The notes: generated by a model not told the origin, from the sequence alone. A stretch of 64,000 bases of DNA from an uncultured Prevotellaceae bacterium (GCA_900318585.1 ONKY01000033.1:1801-65800), one strand, 5' to 3'. Shown: positions 7,701-19,037, counted from the first letter of the stretch. A program made the numbers and translations.

Positions 7701-9670
7701 GAGTGGGGAATAATAGACAATGCGGAGGTGTCGGTGCGAAAATCACCGGACACGAACGACAGGGAAAAATCGTAGGAAAGAGGAGCGCCGAGAGACTCAA
7801 AGGCAGAAGAATCCTCTGCTGGAACGGTGAGCTCCTCAGCAGGAACGACAGGATCTTCAGCTGGAACAGTGGGATCCTCAGAAGGTAGGGAGGAATCCTC
7901 TGCTGGGACAACGGGTTCCTCAGCAGAGACAGCGGGACTCTCTTTGGAAGGATCTATTGGGGCTGCGGAGGGATCGTCGACAGCGGGGGCATCATCGGGA
8001 GTCCCACTAGGAGCAGTGGAAGCGGGAGGCAGGTCAAGCTGCTGAACGGGAGCGGCACGGCGAGCGACAGGCTTGAGGGCAGCAGAGGCAGCCTTGGGGC
8101 GCCAGTTAAAGATATCATCCTTATCAAGGGGGCGGATGTAGTCAAACCAAGCATAGCCCTCTAAGTGTTTTTTATCAGGAGGAATCTGAGTGAGAGGGTA
8201 CATTGTTCCCTCTGCTGCCGGCATCCAGATACGACTCATCTTACGGTTCTCCATGAACATCCGAAGTTCTGTGGTCTCTGTATAGTTCATGGCGATATAC
8301 GACGAGTCAGCATCATCCTCGGGGTAAAAGATGACACGCACATTATCTATTGCACGCGTCTCGCGAATCTCACCGTCATCAAAGAAGGCAAACATCTCCT
8401 TAGATGACACCTGATTCTGATACATAGTATCTCGCAGTTGCTCAATGGTAAAAGCCTGATTAATCACATGCGCCCGATTTATAACAGAATCCTTCATAAA
8501 CATCTGTATCTCCTCACCCAAGAGTTGTTGGTTCATGTTCCACACGATGGGATCATGGTACATCGTCATACAGGAGTCGAGCTGGTTATAGACAAGGGAA
8601 TCGCATACCGCCTGCAAGTCGACTCGATAAGCCCGCACTTTATTGTAGGCATGAACTTTCCTATAAACGGAATCGGTGTCAATATTGTAAGTAAAAATTT
8701 TGAACGTATCAGCATGCATATAAAGCGTGTCGCGCTGAGAGAAGTCTATGGACACAGCCCGTTGCGTACACATGGCATAGCCCGTACTCTCCTCATACTC
8801 CCCGTAATCACAAAGAAGACGATTTTTGTTGATGGAATCGGTAAAAATTACATTTCTGAATGCTTTGCTCACCCCATTCTTACCCCCATAATAGACGCTG
8901 TCGCCAACCATCATTTTCCCTTCATTCCGCAAAACAGAGCGATCCATCAGGCGCGCCTTTTCGGTCTTTGTATCGTAGTATCCACGTTCTGAATAAATTT
9001 TACTTTTTCCAGAGGTAATATTGGTCGGACCGACAATGTGAGCCACAGACTGACGTGTATCATAATAGAGGGTATCAGAGGTCAGGTAGTAGTCCTCGCC
9101 ACGCATCTTCACGTCGTAATTAAAGACAGCCATTTTCGTCTCCGTATTATACTCTCCCCAGTCGGAGGTCAGCGTGGTGGACTGATCGACAAGCTTTCCG
9201 CCCTCAAAAAAATACGCATTGTTATAGAGGCGGTCAAAGTTGAGGGAGTCCGTATATAGCGTTGTCTTGCGATTTTTTAACACCACATTGTAGCGCGCCT
9301 GAGCCATCTGGTCATCTCCATCATAGTAGGCATAGTCACTAACGAGGGAGAGCGTGTCGCCCTGGTACATACGGACATGGCCGAAAGCCTCGAAGGAATT
9401 AGAAGCTTCGTAGAAATGGGCGCTATCACAGAAGAGCTTAGCCCCTTGATGCATGAATTGCACCTTACCGTTAAGAATCTGTGCGTCGCGGTTCATGTAC
9501 TGGTTATAGTGAAGCACGTCGGCATGGACAAGATAGATGCGTTTGTCCTTGGCAGCTGTCGACTTTGCAGAAGTTCGACGCGGCCGAGGCTTACGATTGG
9601 CAGCATCGACCAGAGGGCTGGTACATAGTGCCAGCAGACAGAACAACAAAAGATAAACCGTCTTCTTCAC
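7655..9670 (-). CDS. OstA/LptA-like periplasmic beta-jellyroll protein with acidic low-complexity C-tail
   Basis: Signal peptide, repeated LFCDSA/LTSDTL/AVCDSL beta motifs; conserved surA-ostA-mutL order; GTG start. Confidence 0.8.
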   Translation of the reverse strand: MKKTVYLLLFCLLALCTSPLVDAANRKPRPRRTSAKSTAAKDKRIYLVHADVLHYNQYMNRDAQILNGKVQFMHQGAKLFCDSAHFYEASNSFEAFGHVRMYQGDTLSLVSDYAYYDGDDQMAQARYNVVLKNRKTTLYTDSLNFDRLYNNAYFFEGGKLVDQSTTLTSDWGEYNTETKMAVFNYDVKMRGEDYYLTSDTLYYDTRQSVAHIVGPTNITSGKSKIYSERGYYDTKTEKARLMDRSVLRNEGKMMVGDSVYYGGKNGVSKAFRNVIFTDSINKNRLLCDYGEYEESTGYAMCTQRAVSIDFSQRDTLYMHADTFKIFTYNIDTDSVYRKVHAYNKVRAYRVDLQAVCDSLVYNQLDSCMTMYHDPIVWNMNQQLLGEEIQMFMKDSVINRAHVINQAFTIEQLRDTMYQNQVSSKEMFAFFDDGEIRETRAIDNVRVIFYPEDDADSSYIAMNYTETTELRMFMENRKMSRIWMPAAEGTMYPLTQIPPDKKHLEGYAWFDYIRPLDKDDIFNWRPKAASAALKPVARRAAPVQQLDLPPASTAPSGTPDDAPAVDDPSAAPIDPSKESPAVSAEEPVVPAEDSSLPSEDPTVPAEDPVVPAEELTVPAEDSSAFESLGAPLSYDFSLSFVSGDFRTDTSALSIIPHSWTSSSYFLIPSPIR
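7731..7760 (-). repeat. REP-like hairpin family A inside OstA-like tail (FVSGDFRTD)
   Basis: gtcgttcGTGT-CCGGTGA-TTTTC-GCACCGA; same gtcgttc flank as the 6421 copy. Confidence 0.7.
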
Positions 9671-9714
9671 CTCTTTACCATTTTTCCTTTTCTGCGTATT
9701 ACCTTTTCACCTGA

Positions 9715-11241
9715 TCACCGCACCCAGCCATCGTACTCATAATGACAGTCGCGGTATTCGGGATTGATGCGTACATAGGTTGCCTTAATCTTATCGACGA
9801 CCCACTGGTGGATGAAATCCTCGCGGCGCTTGCCGAGCACCATATCCTTCAGTACCTGAAAATCCTCTGTAACGGTGGCGCGGTGCCCATCGACACGACT
9901 CTTCAGACGGACGATGGCACAGACTGTCTTGCCACTCTCGTTGATCATCTGGAACGGGGCAGATACCTGACCCACAGTGAGGGTATCCACCATACGAGCC
10001 ACCTCGGCGGGCAGTTCCTGAAGGCGGAATTTCGACGTATTCTTGCCTAACTGCATATTGACGTTGGCCATGAGGCCGTGGTTGCTGCGTGTCTTCTTGT
10101 CGTCGGAGACCAAGGAAACCGCATCCTCAAAGGTGAAATGGTCGGGCACAGTGATGAGCTGTTTGCGAATCTTCTCGGGCACGCGGTCGGCGCGAATATC
10201 TGCTGCCAAAGAGTCCAACCGTCCTAAAGCTACCATAACGGCAGAGTCACTGACTTCCGGTTTTAGGAGAATATGGCGGGCGTTGACCTTGTCGCCACGC
10301 TTGTCGATGAGCTGGATAATATGGTAGCCGTATTCTGTTTCCACAATCTTAGACACCTTCTTCGGGTCAGTCAGATTGAAAGCAACGTTGGCAAACTCAG
10401 GCACCCATCCGGCACGTCCCGTATATCCCAACTCACCGCCATTGCGGGCAGAGCCATCCTGAGAATAGAGGCGGGCTAACGTAGCGAAAGAGGCGTCACC
10501 ACTGTTGATACGGTCGGTGAATTCACGCAGGCGCTCCTTGATGCGGTTGATCTCTGCATCGTCGATACGGGGTGTCAGGGTGATAATCTGAACTTCATAC
10601 TCGGTAGGCACGAAAGGAATACTGTCCTCGGGAAGGTCAGCGAAATAGCGGCGCACCTCAGCGGGTGTCACCTTGATATCCTGCACAAGTTTCTGCTGCA
10701 TCTTCTGGACGAGCATACGGTCGCGCATGTCATCGTGGAGCTCTGCGCGGAGTTGGGTAATGGACTCCTTCTTGTACTCCTCGAGCTTCTCACGGGAGCC
10801 AATCATGTCTACCCAGCGGCTAATCTGATCCTCAACGCCGGCAGAGATGTCGGCCTCAGTCACATCCTTGTCTATACTGTCGATGACCGCCTGATGAAGG
10901 AACAGCTTCTGGACGGCAATCTGCTCCGGGATGGCACAGTCAGGGTCGCCATTGAAGCGGATGCCCTCGGCGGCAGCCTGCATACGCATCTGCTCTACAT
11001 CGGACTTGAGAATCGGTTCGTCTCCAATGACCCAGATAACCTCATCTACGATGGAAGCCTTGTTGAGGGAGACTGCGAGGGAGCTATCAGCAGCGACAGA
11101 GTCGCTGCCTGGGGCAAATACGATGTGAGAGGGTGAAGCAGGCACGGCAGCTCCAGCGGACAAACTGCCGAACACAGACGCTAAGGGAAGAAGAGCAACG
11201 AGTAAGAGAGGAATTATATTCTTTCGCATCATTTCTATCAA
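9715..11241 (-). CDS. SurA-like parvulin peptidyl-prolyl isomerase
   Basis: Signal peptide, IVDEVIWVIGDEPILKSD, FATLARLYSQDGSARNGGELG, ETEYGYHII. Confidence 0.9.
   Translation of the reverse strand: MIEMMRKNIIPLLLVALLPLASVFGSLSAGAAVPASPSHIVFAPGSDSVAADSSLAVSLNKASIVDEVIWVIGDEPILKSDVEQMRMQAAAEGIRFNGDPDCAIPEQIAVQKLFLHQAVIDSIDKDVTEADISAGVEDQISRWVDMIGSREKLEEYKKESITQLRAELHDDMRDRMLVQKMQQKLVQDIKVTPAEVRRYFADLPEDSIPFVPTEYEVQIITLTPRIDDAEINRIKERLREFTDRINSGDASFATLARLYSQDGSARNGGELGYTGRAGWVPEFANVAFNLTDPKKVSKIVETEYGYHIIQLIDKRGDKVNARHILLKPEVSDSAVMVALGRLDSLAADIRADRVPEKIRKQLITVPDHFTFEDAVSLVSDDKKTRSNHGLMANVNMQLGKNTSKFRLQELPAEVARMVDTLTVGQVSAPFQMINESGKTVCAIVRLKSRVDGHRATVTEDFQVLKDMVLGKRREDFIHQWVVDKIKATYVRINPEYRDCHYEYDGWVR
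11153..11175 (-). repeat. Degenerate family A copy in SurA-like N-terminus (VFGSLSAG)
   Basis: GTGT-TCGGCAG-TTTGT-CCGCTGG; four transitions from consensus. Confidence 0.55.
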
Positions 11242-11289
11242 TTGATGGTGAATAACGGTAATCTGGCTATTGACAGTACTGATTTCTGA

Positions 11290-12726
11290 TTATTGATGAT
11301 TATTGACGGTTTTCAGAACATCCGTATTGACGGAGAAGGAGAACTTACGACGAAGGGCGGCCACCCACTCACGCTCCAGCTGCTCCTGATAGTCGGCAAC
11401 AACAAGGCCACGCACGTCGGTATAGTCCTCCGGTCCTTTCTTCAACACCTTTCCATAGACAGCATCAATGGGGTAACCCTCTAAGGAGGTGAAGGTAGTA
11501 TCCTTCTTGAACACTTCGCGATCAATCAGCGCATTATCCCCGCGCTTAAAGATACCTTTCTCCACACGAATACGAATGACAGAGTCAGGATTGAACGTGG
11601 AGCGGAGCACCTCCGGCCATTTGTCGAAAGGCACTTTCTTGATGCTATTCTTGACAGCTTTGACATCTGCCTTATCCTTGACGTGATAGGCAATACCTTT
11701 ATAGCGGGGTTCGTTCCACGCGTACTTCTTTTTGTTCTGACCGAAATAGTTAGCAAGCCCTGCCTCATCCTTTGCGGCACGCTCCCAGACTTCAAGGTTG
11801 CTCACTTCATAGAGGAGCAGCCCCTCGTAGTATTCACGTATCAGGTTCTTCAGCTCATCATCCTTTTCAGAGAACTCTCCAGCCTTCTCCTCCAGGATAT
11901 CGGCGCGAGAGGAACCTGCTGCGGCAGCCAGCGAATCAGCCTTTTGAGTGGCGATATAGTCGCGGAGGCCACGCTGCTCAATAAACTTCAGTATGCTTTC
12001 GCGGTGGTACTCATACGGTTCCAGTTCCTTGCGCCCCTTCATCAGAATGATATGATAGCCATAGGGCGACTGGACGACACCAGACATCTCACCATCTTTC
12101 AGGGCAAAAGCCACATCCTCGAACTCTTTAACCAACTGTCCACGCTGTACGAAAGGCAGCAGTCCGCCCTGAGCAGCAGAGCCCGGATCCTGTGATACCT
12201 TTTTGGCCAACTCGGCAAAGTCTGCACCGCCCTTCAATGCAGTATAGATGGAGTCAATGCGTACCTTGGCAGCCGTCTGTTGCTCAGGCGTGGCCTTCTG
12301 GTCAAGACGCAGGAGGATATGAGCCACTTGAATCAGTCCGTCGGAGCCTATACGATCCTTCGTCTGCTGATAGATATGACGGGCCTCAGCCTCCACGTCT
12401 TCATCATTTACCATGAGGGGAAGCACCTGTTGGTCACGGTACTGTGCAAACTCCTGCTTGAAAGACGTGAGTGTGTCAAGGTGACGGTAAAGGGCCTCGG
12501 CCACCTTGAGCTTATAGTTGATGAAGAGGTCAACGTACTCCTCCACGGTCTTCTTGTCAATGACGCCTTCGGAATTGTTCTTGTTGTAACTATACTCAAA
12601 CTCACTGCGGAGGACTTTCTGACCATTGACAGTCATGACAACAGGATCAGTTTGCGCCACTGCGTGGCTAAATATAAAATAAAAAATAAAAAATAAAGCT
12701 GCGCGTTTTCTTTCCTTATACATCAT
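11290..12726 (-). CDS. Parvulin-type peptidyl-prolyl isomerase
   Basis: VAHILL, FAELAKKVSQDPGSAAQGGLL, QSPYGYHII; signal peptide. Confidence 0.9.
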   Translation of the reverse strand: MMYKERKRAALFFIFYFIFSHAVAQTDPVVMTVNGQKVLRSEFEYSYNKNNSEGVIDKKTVEEYVDLFINYKLKVAEALYRHLDTLTSFKQEFAQYRDQQVLPLMVNDEDVEAEARHIYQQTKDRIGSDGLIQVAHILLRLDQKATPEQQTAAKVRIDSIYTALKGGADFAELAKKVSQDPGSAAQGGLLPFVQRGQLVKEFEDVAFALKDGEMSGVVQSPYGYHIILMKGRKELEPYEYHRESILKFIEQRGLRDYIATQKADSLAAAAGSSRADILEEKAGEFSEKDDELKNLIREYYEGLLLYEVSNLEVWERAAKDEAGLANYFGQNKKKYAWNEPRYKGIAYHVKDKADVKAVKNSIKKVPFDKWPEVLRSTFNPDSVIRIRVEKGIFKRGDNALIDREVFKKDTTFTSLEGYPIDAVYGKVLKKGPEDYTDVRGLVVADYQEQLEREWVAALRRKFSFSVNTDVLKTVNNHQ

Positions 12727-13076
12727 TTTTCTTTGTAGTTTTTATGGACGAAACAATAATCCGAATGATTTCATCAATATCTTTTTTTTAGAGAATCAAA
12801 CATCCTATTATCAATAAACTCTGTTTTATTAAGAATAGTCAACCAATATGAAGTTTCACTTGCCTCTTTCAAAGAAACACTTAGCTTACTTATAAAGTCA
12901 GCCTTGCTCTGTGCATAGATTGCCTCATGGACATTGGCACCAATACTTGTTCCACTTCTTAACAACTGCTTTGACATCACAAACTCTTTCTTTGTTTCGG
13001 CAAGAAACTTGTTACAATTCACAATTCTGATAGCAAACTCAATTGTTTTGTCCACCAAAGCATTGTTTGACACCAT
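12716..13076 (-). pseudogene. Four-helix-bundle protein (23S rRNA IVP-like), +1 frameshift near the C-terminus
   Basis: QLLRSGTSIGANVHEA, SKADFISKL, LKEASETSYWL. Removing one A from the A8 run (12782-12789) restores ...LKKDIDEIIRIIVSSIKTTKKNDV*. AT-rich relative to neighbours. Confidence 0.8.
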
Positions 13077-13108
13077 CTTTTTTATTTATACTTTAGGGCG
13101 AAGCCCGC

Positions 13109-14605
<1,497 letters not shown>

Positions 14606-14624
14606 TTATTTTATTTATTGCGTG

Positions 14625-14632
14625 CAAAGGTA
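14625..14632 (-). promoter_or_regulatory. -7 promoter element for guaB operon
   Basis: TACCTTTG about 30 nt upstream of guaB. Confidence 0.7.
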
Positions 14633-14670
14633 CAAAAAATAAGGTAAAAGAGAAAAGTGAAAAGTGAAAA

Positions 14671-14734
14671 AATTGCTGCCGCCAATTATTTTTAACCACT
14701 CTTCACTTACCTACAGGTATGGCGGCAGCAAATT
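14671..14734. terminator. Long-loop inverted repeat 3' of recQ (possible terminator)
   Basis: ttgctgccgcca ... tggcggcagcaa arms, T-rich on both sides. Confidence 0.5.
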
Positions 14735-14750
14735 CTTTTATTTTCACTCC

Positions 14751-16925
14751 TCAGTTAGCCATGTCCGAGATGAACTTGATGCGCACCAAGCGAATCTCCG
14801 TCTCGTCACCGCCCAGCTCCTGAATGGCCGTCTCAAGGTCGTCGGTGTCAGAGTCGGCAAAGTAGTCGTAAATCTCGTCAATGCGCTCATCATCCATCAC
14901 CTCTTCGAGGAAATAGTCGATATTCAGCTTCGTACCACTGTAGACGATGGCCTCCACCTCGTCGAGCAAATCATCGAAGTCAATGTTCTGTGCTGTGGCA
15001 ATGTCGTCGAGGGCTATTTGGCGGTCAATATTCTGGATAATCTTTACTTTCAGCAGCGACTTCTTAGCCACGGTGCGCACACGCAAGTCGGCCTGGCGGA
15101 CAATGTTGTTCTCGTCGCAATATTTCTTGATAAGATCGATGAACTCCTTAGCGAAAGGTTGCTTCACTTTTCCCTCGCCGACGCCCTGAATACTCTTCAG
15201 TTCCTCAAGGGTGACAGGATAATCAGTAGCCATCTGCTCGATGCTCACATCCTGGAAGATTACATAAGGCGGACGTTCCAGACGCCGTGACACATTCTTA
15301 CGCAGGTCGTAGAGCATGGAGGAGAGCATAGGATCGAGAGCACTCGTCTGTCCTTCGTGCTCCTCGCCGCCACCATCTGCATCAAGGAATTCATTGTCCT
15401 TGACGATCATGAACGACTTTGGCGACTTCAGGAACTTCTTGCCAGCGGAGGTGAGCTTCAGCAGCCCGTAGTTCTCCACTTCCTTCTTCAGGTAGCCGGC
15501 AATCAATGCCTGACGGATGACAGGGTTCCATATCTTCGGATCATCGTCCTCACCAGAACCAAAAGCTTCCAGTTCCTCATGATGATGCGCCACTATCTCG
15601 TCGGTCTCACGGCCACGGATGAAGTCAATGATATAGTCAGAGCGGAAATTCTCCTTGAGCACTTGGATGGCCTCCAAAACGGTGACCAACTGCTGGCTTC
15701 CCTCAATCTTCTCCTTGGGATGCAGGCAGTTGTCGCAGTTGTGGCAGTTTTCTTCCTTGTACTCCTCGCCAAAATAGTGGAGAAGCATCTTGCGACGGCA
15801 GACGCTGGTCTCTGCGTAGGCCGCGGTTTCCTGCAATAGCTGACGGCCTATGTCCTGCTCAGCCACAGGCTTGCCCTCCATGAACTTATCAAGTTTCTGA
15901 AGATCCTTATAACTATAGAACGCCAAGCAAATACCCTCGCGGCCGTCGCGACCTGCGCGACCAGTCTCCTGGTAGTAGCCCTCGAGCGACTTCGGGATGT
16001 CGTAATGAATGACGAAGCGGACGTCGGGTTTGTCAATGCCCATGCCAAAGGCTATAGTGGCCACGATAACATCGATGTCCTGCATGAGGAAAGCATCCTG
16101 CGTCTGCGTACGAGTGCCAGAATCGAGGCCGGCATGGTAGGCCAACGCCTTGATGTCGTTGGCACGTAATATCTCTGCCAGTTCCTCCACCTTTTTGCGG
16201 GAAAGGCAGTAAATGATACCACTCTTCCCAGGATGCTGCTTGATGAAACGGATGATATCCTTGTCCACGTCAGTGGTCTTCGGCCGCACTTCGTAATAGA
16301 GATTCGGGCGGTTGAAGGAGCTTTTGAACTCGTTGGCATCTACCATGCCTAAGTTCTTCTTGATGTCGGTCCGGACCTTGTCAGTGGCCGTAGCTGTCAA
16401 AGCGATGATAGGAGCTTTGCCTATCTCGTTGACGATGGGCCGAATGCGCCGATACTCAGGGCGGAAGTCGTGCCCCCACTCAGAGATACAGTGCGCTTCG
16501 TCGACGGCATAGAAAGAAATCTTTACAGATTTCAGGAACTCCACATTCTCCTCCTTCGTCAGTGACTCTGGCGCCACATAGAGCAGCTTGGTGAGGCCCG
16601 AGCGGATATCAGATTTCACCTGGTCAATAGCAGCCTTGTTGAGCGAGGAGTTCAGGTAATGAGCCGTTCCCTCTTCACTCATGGAACTGATAACGTCCAC
16701 CTGATTCTTCATCAGGGCTATCAGTGGAGAGATGACAATGGCCGTACCGTCCATGAGCAGGGACGGCAGCTGGTAGCAAAGCGACTTGCCGCCACCTGTT
16801 GGCATGAGCACGAACGTATCGTTGCCCTCCAGCACGTTGCGGATAATCGCCTCCTGGTCACCCTTGAATGTGTCGAAACCGAAATACTTCTTCAAGGCTC
16901 CAGTCAGATTTTCGTTTGTTTTCAT
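14751..16925 (-). CDS. recQ: ATP-dependent DNA helicase RecQ
   Basis: MPTGGGKS, VDEAHCISEWGHDFRP, QETGRAGRDG, Zn motif CHNCDNC, HRDC. Start placed at MKTNEN. Confidence 0.97.
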   Translation of the reverse strand: MKTNENLTGALKKYFGFDTFKGDQEAIIRNVLEGNDTFVLMPTGGGKSLCYQLPSLLMDGTAIVISPLIALMKNQVDVISSMSEEGTAHYLNSSLNKAAIDQVKSDIRSGLTKLLYVAPESLTKEENVEFLKSVKISFYAVDEAHCISEWGHDFRPEYRRIRPIVNEIGKAPIIALTATATDKVRTDIKKNLGMVDANEFKSSFNRPNLYYEVRPKTTDVDKDIIRFIKQHPGKSGIIYCLSRKKVEELAEILRANDIKALAYHAGLDSGTRTQTQDAFLMQDIDVIVATIAFGMGIDKPDVRFVIHYDIPKSLEGYYQETGRAGRDGREGICLAFYSYKDLQKLDKFMEGKPVAEQDIGRQLLQETAAYAETSVCRRKMLLHYFGEEYKEENCHNCDNCLHPKEKIEGSQQLVTVLEAIQVLKENFRSDYIIDFIRGRETDEIVAHHHEELEAFGSGEDDDPKIWNPVIRQALIAGYLKKEVENYGLLKLTSAGKKFLKSPKSFMIVKDNEFLDADGGGEEHEGQTSALDPMLSSMLYDLRKNVSRRLERPPYVIFQDVSIEQMATDYPVTLEELKSIQGVGEGKVKQPFAKEFIDLIKKYCDENNIVRQADLRVRTVAKKSLLKVKIIQNIDRQIALDDIATAQNIDFDDLLDEVEAIVYSGTKLNIDYFLEEVMDDERIDEIYDYFADSDTDDLETAIQELGGDETEIRLVRIKFISDMAN

Positions 16926-16959
16926 AGGTCCTTCTTTCAATGTGTATGATATGCGACGG

Positions 16960-18192
16960 CTATGATGCAAGCCGGTCGATATGTGACTTCTCAAACTGAC
17001 GCTGCGCATAGTCAAGCGTCACTTCAAATTTCTTTAACTTTTTCGACGGTATGTCGAACATGGCATCCATCATGATATTTTCAACAATGGAACGCAGGCC
17101 ACGAGCGCCAAGCTTATATTCCACCGCCTTATCAACAATCAGTTTCAACGCCTCTGGAGAGAAAGTCAATTCGACGCCATCCATCTGGAACAGTTTGGCA
17201 AACTGCTTGATAATGGCATTCTTAGGCTCCACAAGGATGCGCTCCAAAGCTGCTCGATCGAGCGGATTCAGATAAGTAAGTACTGGCAGGCGACCAATAA
17301 TTTCAGGAATCAGTCCAAAGGACTTCAAATCCTGCGGAGCAACATATTGCATAAGGTTCTCCTTGTCAATTTTCCTGACATTCTGAACAGAGTTATAGCC
17401 TACAACATGGGTATTCAACCGCTGGGCTATCTTCCGTTCAATACCATCAAAAGCTCCGCCACAAATAAAGAGGATATTACGCGTATCTACATGAATATAC
17501 TCCTGGTCGGGATGCTTACGGCCACCCTTGGGCGGAACATTGACGATGGTACCCTCCAGCAGTTTCAGCAAACCCTGCTGGACACCCTCTCCGCTGACGT
17601 CACGAGTGATGGAAGGATTGTCTGTTTTGCGGGCAATCTTGTCAATCTCGTCAATAAAGACGATACCCCGCTGGGCTGCGTCAACATCATAGTCAGCAAC
17701 CTGAAGCAGACGCGTGAGAATGCTCTCCACGTCCTCGCCCACATAGCCTGCCTCTGTGAATACTGTGGCATCAACAATAGTAAAAGGTACGTCAAGCATA
17801 CGGGCGATAGTGCGGGCCAAGAGAGTCTTACCTGTACCCGTAGAGCCCACCATGATTATGTTAGACTTCTCTATCTCCACACCATTCTTGTCTTCGGGCT
17901 GCTGGAGACGTTTGTAATGGTTATAGACGGCCACTGACAGGTAGCGTTTTGCCTCATCCTGCCCAATGACATATTCGTCCAAATAACTTTTGATTGCCTT
18001 GGGCTTGGGCACGTCTTTCAGTCCTGAACCGTTATTCTTACCAGCATGTTCTTTTTTATTTTCTGTCAGGTTCTCTTTCACGATCTGGTAAGCCTGCTGG
18101 GCACAATCTTCACAGATATAGCCATTGATGCCCGTAATGAGCAGCCGGACCTCCCGTTCACTCCTTCCACAGAAGCTGCATTCCTTTTTCAT
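16960..18192 (-). CDS. clpX: Clp protease ATPase subunit
   Basis: CSFCGR Zn finger, [31 protein letters not shown]. Confidence 0.98.
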   Translation of the reverse strand: MKKECSFCGRSEREVRLLITGINGYICEDCAQQAYQIVKENLTENKKEHAGKNNGSGLKDVPKPKAIKSYLDEYVIGQDEAKRYLSVAVYNHYKRLQQPEDKNGVEIEKSNIIMVGSTGTGKTLLARTIARMLDVPFTIVDATVFTEAGYVGEDVESILTRLLQVADYDVDAAQRGIVFIDEIDKIARKTDNPSITRDVSGEGVQQGLLKLLEGTIVNVPPKGGRKHPDQEYIHVDTRNILFICGGAFDGIERKIAQRLNTHVVGYNSVQNVRKIDKENLMQYVAPQDLKSFGLIPEIIGRLPVLTYLNPLDRAALERILVEPKNAIIKQFAKLFQMDGVELTFSPEALKLIVDKAVEYKLGARGLRSIVENIMMDAMFDIPSKKLKKFEVTLDYAQRQFEKSHIDRLAS

Positions 18193-18239
18193 TCTTCTTT
18201 CTACTTACTTCTATCTTTTCACCCCTCACATCTCACGTT

Positions 18240-18902
18240 CTACTTCTTCACCAGCACCTGGTCAATCATGCCATACTCCTTGGCCTCCTCTGCCGTCATC
18301 CAGTAGTTACGGTCAGAGTCTGCATATACCTTGTCGTAAGGAGTGTGCGAATGGTTGGAAATAATGGTGTAGAGTTCTTTCTTGAACTTCAGAATCTCCT
18401 TGGCCTCAATCTCGATATCGCTGGCCTGACCCTGCACACCGCCCAAGGGTTGATGGATCATCACACGGCTGTGAGGAAGAGCCGATCGCTTGCCCTCCTG
18501 TCCGGCCACGAGCAATACGGCAGCCATCGAGGCGGCCATACCCGTACAGATAGTGGCCACGTCACTAGAGATGAACTGCATGGTGTCGTAGATGCCCAGT
18601 CCGGCAGTGACACTGCCGCCAGGGGAGTTGATATAGATGGAGATATCCTTGCCCGAGTCCACGGAATCAAGGTAAAGCAACTGCGCCTGCAAGGTGTTAG
18701 CCGTATAGTCATCAATCTGCGTACCGAGGAAGATAATGCGGTCCATCATCAAGCGGGAAAAGACATCCATCTGCGTCACGTTCAGCTGACGCTCCTCCAA
18801 AATGTAGGGATTCAGATACTGAGCCTGCGTCTTCAACACGTCGTCGAGCACGAGGCCGTTCATTCCTAAATGCTTGGTAGCATATTTTCTAAAATCGTTC
18901 AT
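18240..18902 (-). CDS. clpP: Clp protease proteolytic subunit
   Basis: DVFSRLMMDRIIFLG, YINSPGG, AASMAA, MIHQP. Confidence 0.98.
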   Translation of the reverse strand: MNDFRKYATKHLGMNGLVLDDVLKTQAQYLNPYILEERQLNVTQMDVFSRLMMDRIIFLGTQIDDYTANTLQAQLLYLDSVDSGKDISIYINSPGGSVTAGLGIYDTMQFISSDVATICTGMAASMAAVLLVAGQEGKRSALPHSRVMIHQPLGGVQGQASDIEIEAKEILKFKKELYTIISNHSHTPYDKVYADSDRNYWMTAEEAKEYGMIDQVLVKK

Positions 18903-18941
18903 TTCTTTCTGTTTATTTATTTTGGTTTTGTCAATAAAAGA

Positions 18942-19012
18942 CTGAGGTTATCGGCCTTTTATCATCAAATGTAGATACAAAGATAATAAAAAAAAACGAT
19001 AACCTCAGCAAA
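18942..19012 (-). promoter_or_regulatory. clpP promoter bracketed by a perfect 12-bp inverted repeat
   Basis: ctgaggttatcg 18942-18953 / cgataacctcag 18997-19008; -7 TATCTTTG 18985-18978; -33 TTTG 19012-19009. Confidence 0.6.
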
Positions 19013-19037
19013 ATGCCGTTATTTTTCAAAAAAATAA

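Noticed and set aside
16926-17015. Longest-ORF starts for recQ (and ACT 4336, DUF6078-like 31164, kinases 43216 and 51929, 55089)
   Set aside because: They overlap neighbouring genes, promoters or repeats; downstream ATGs fit better.
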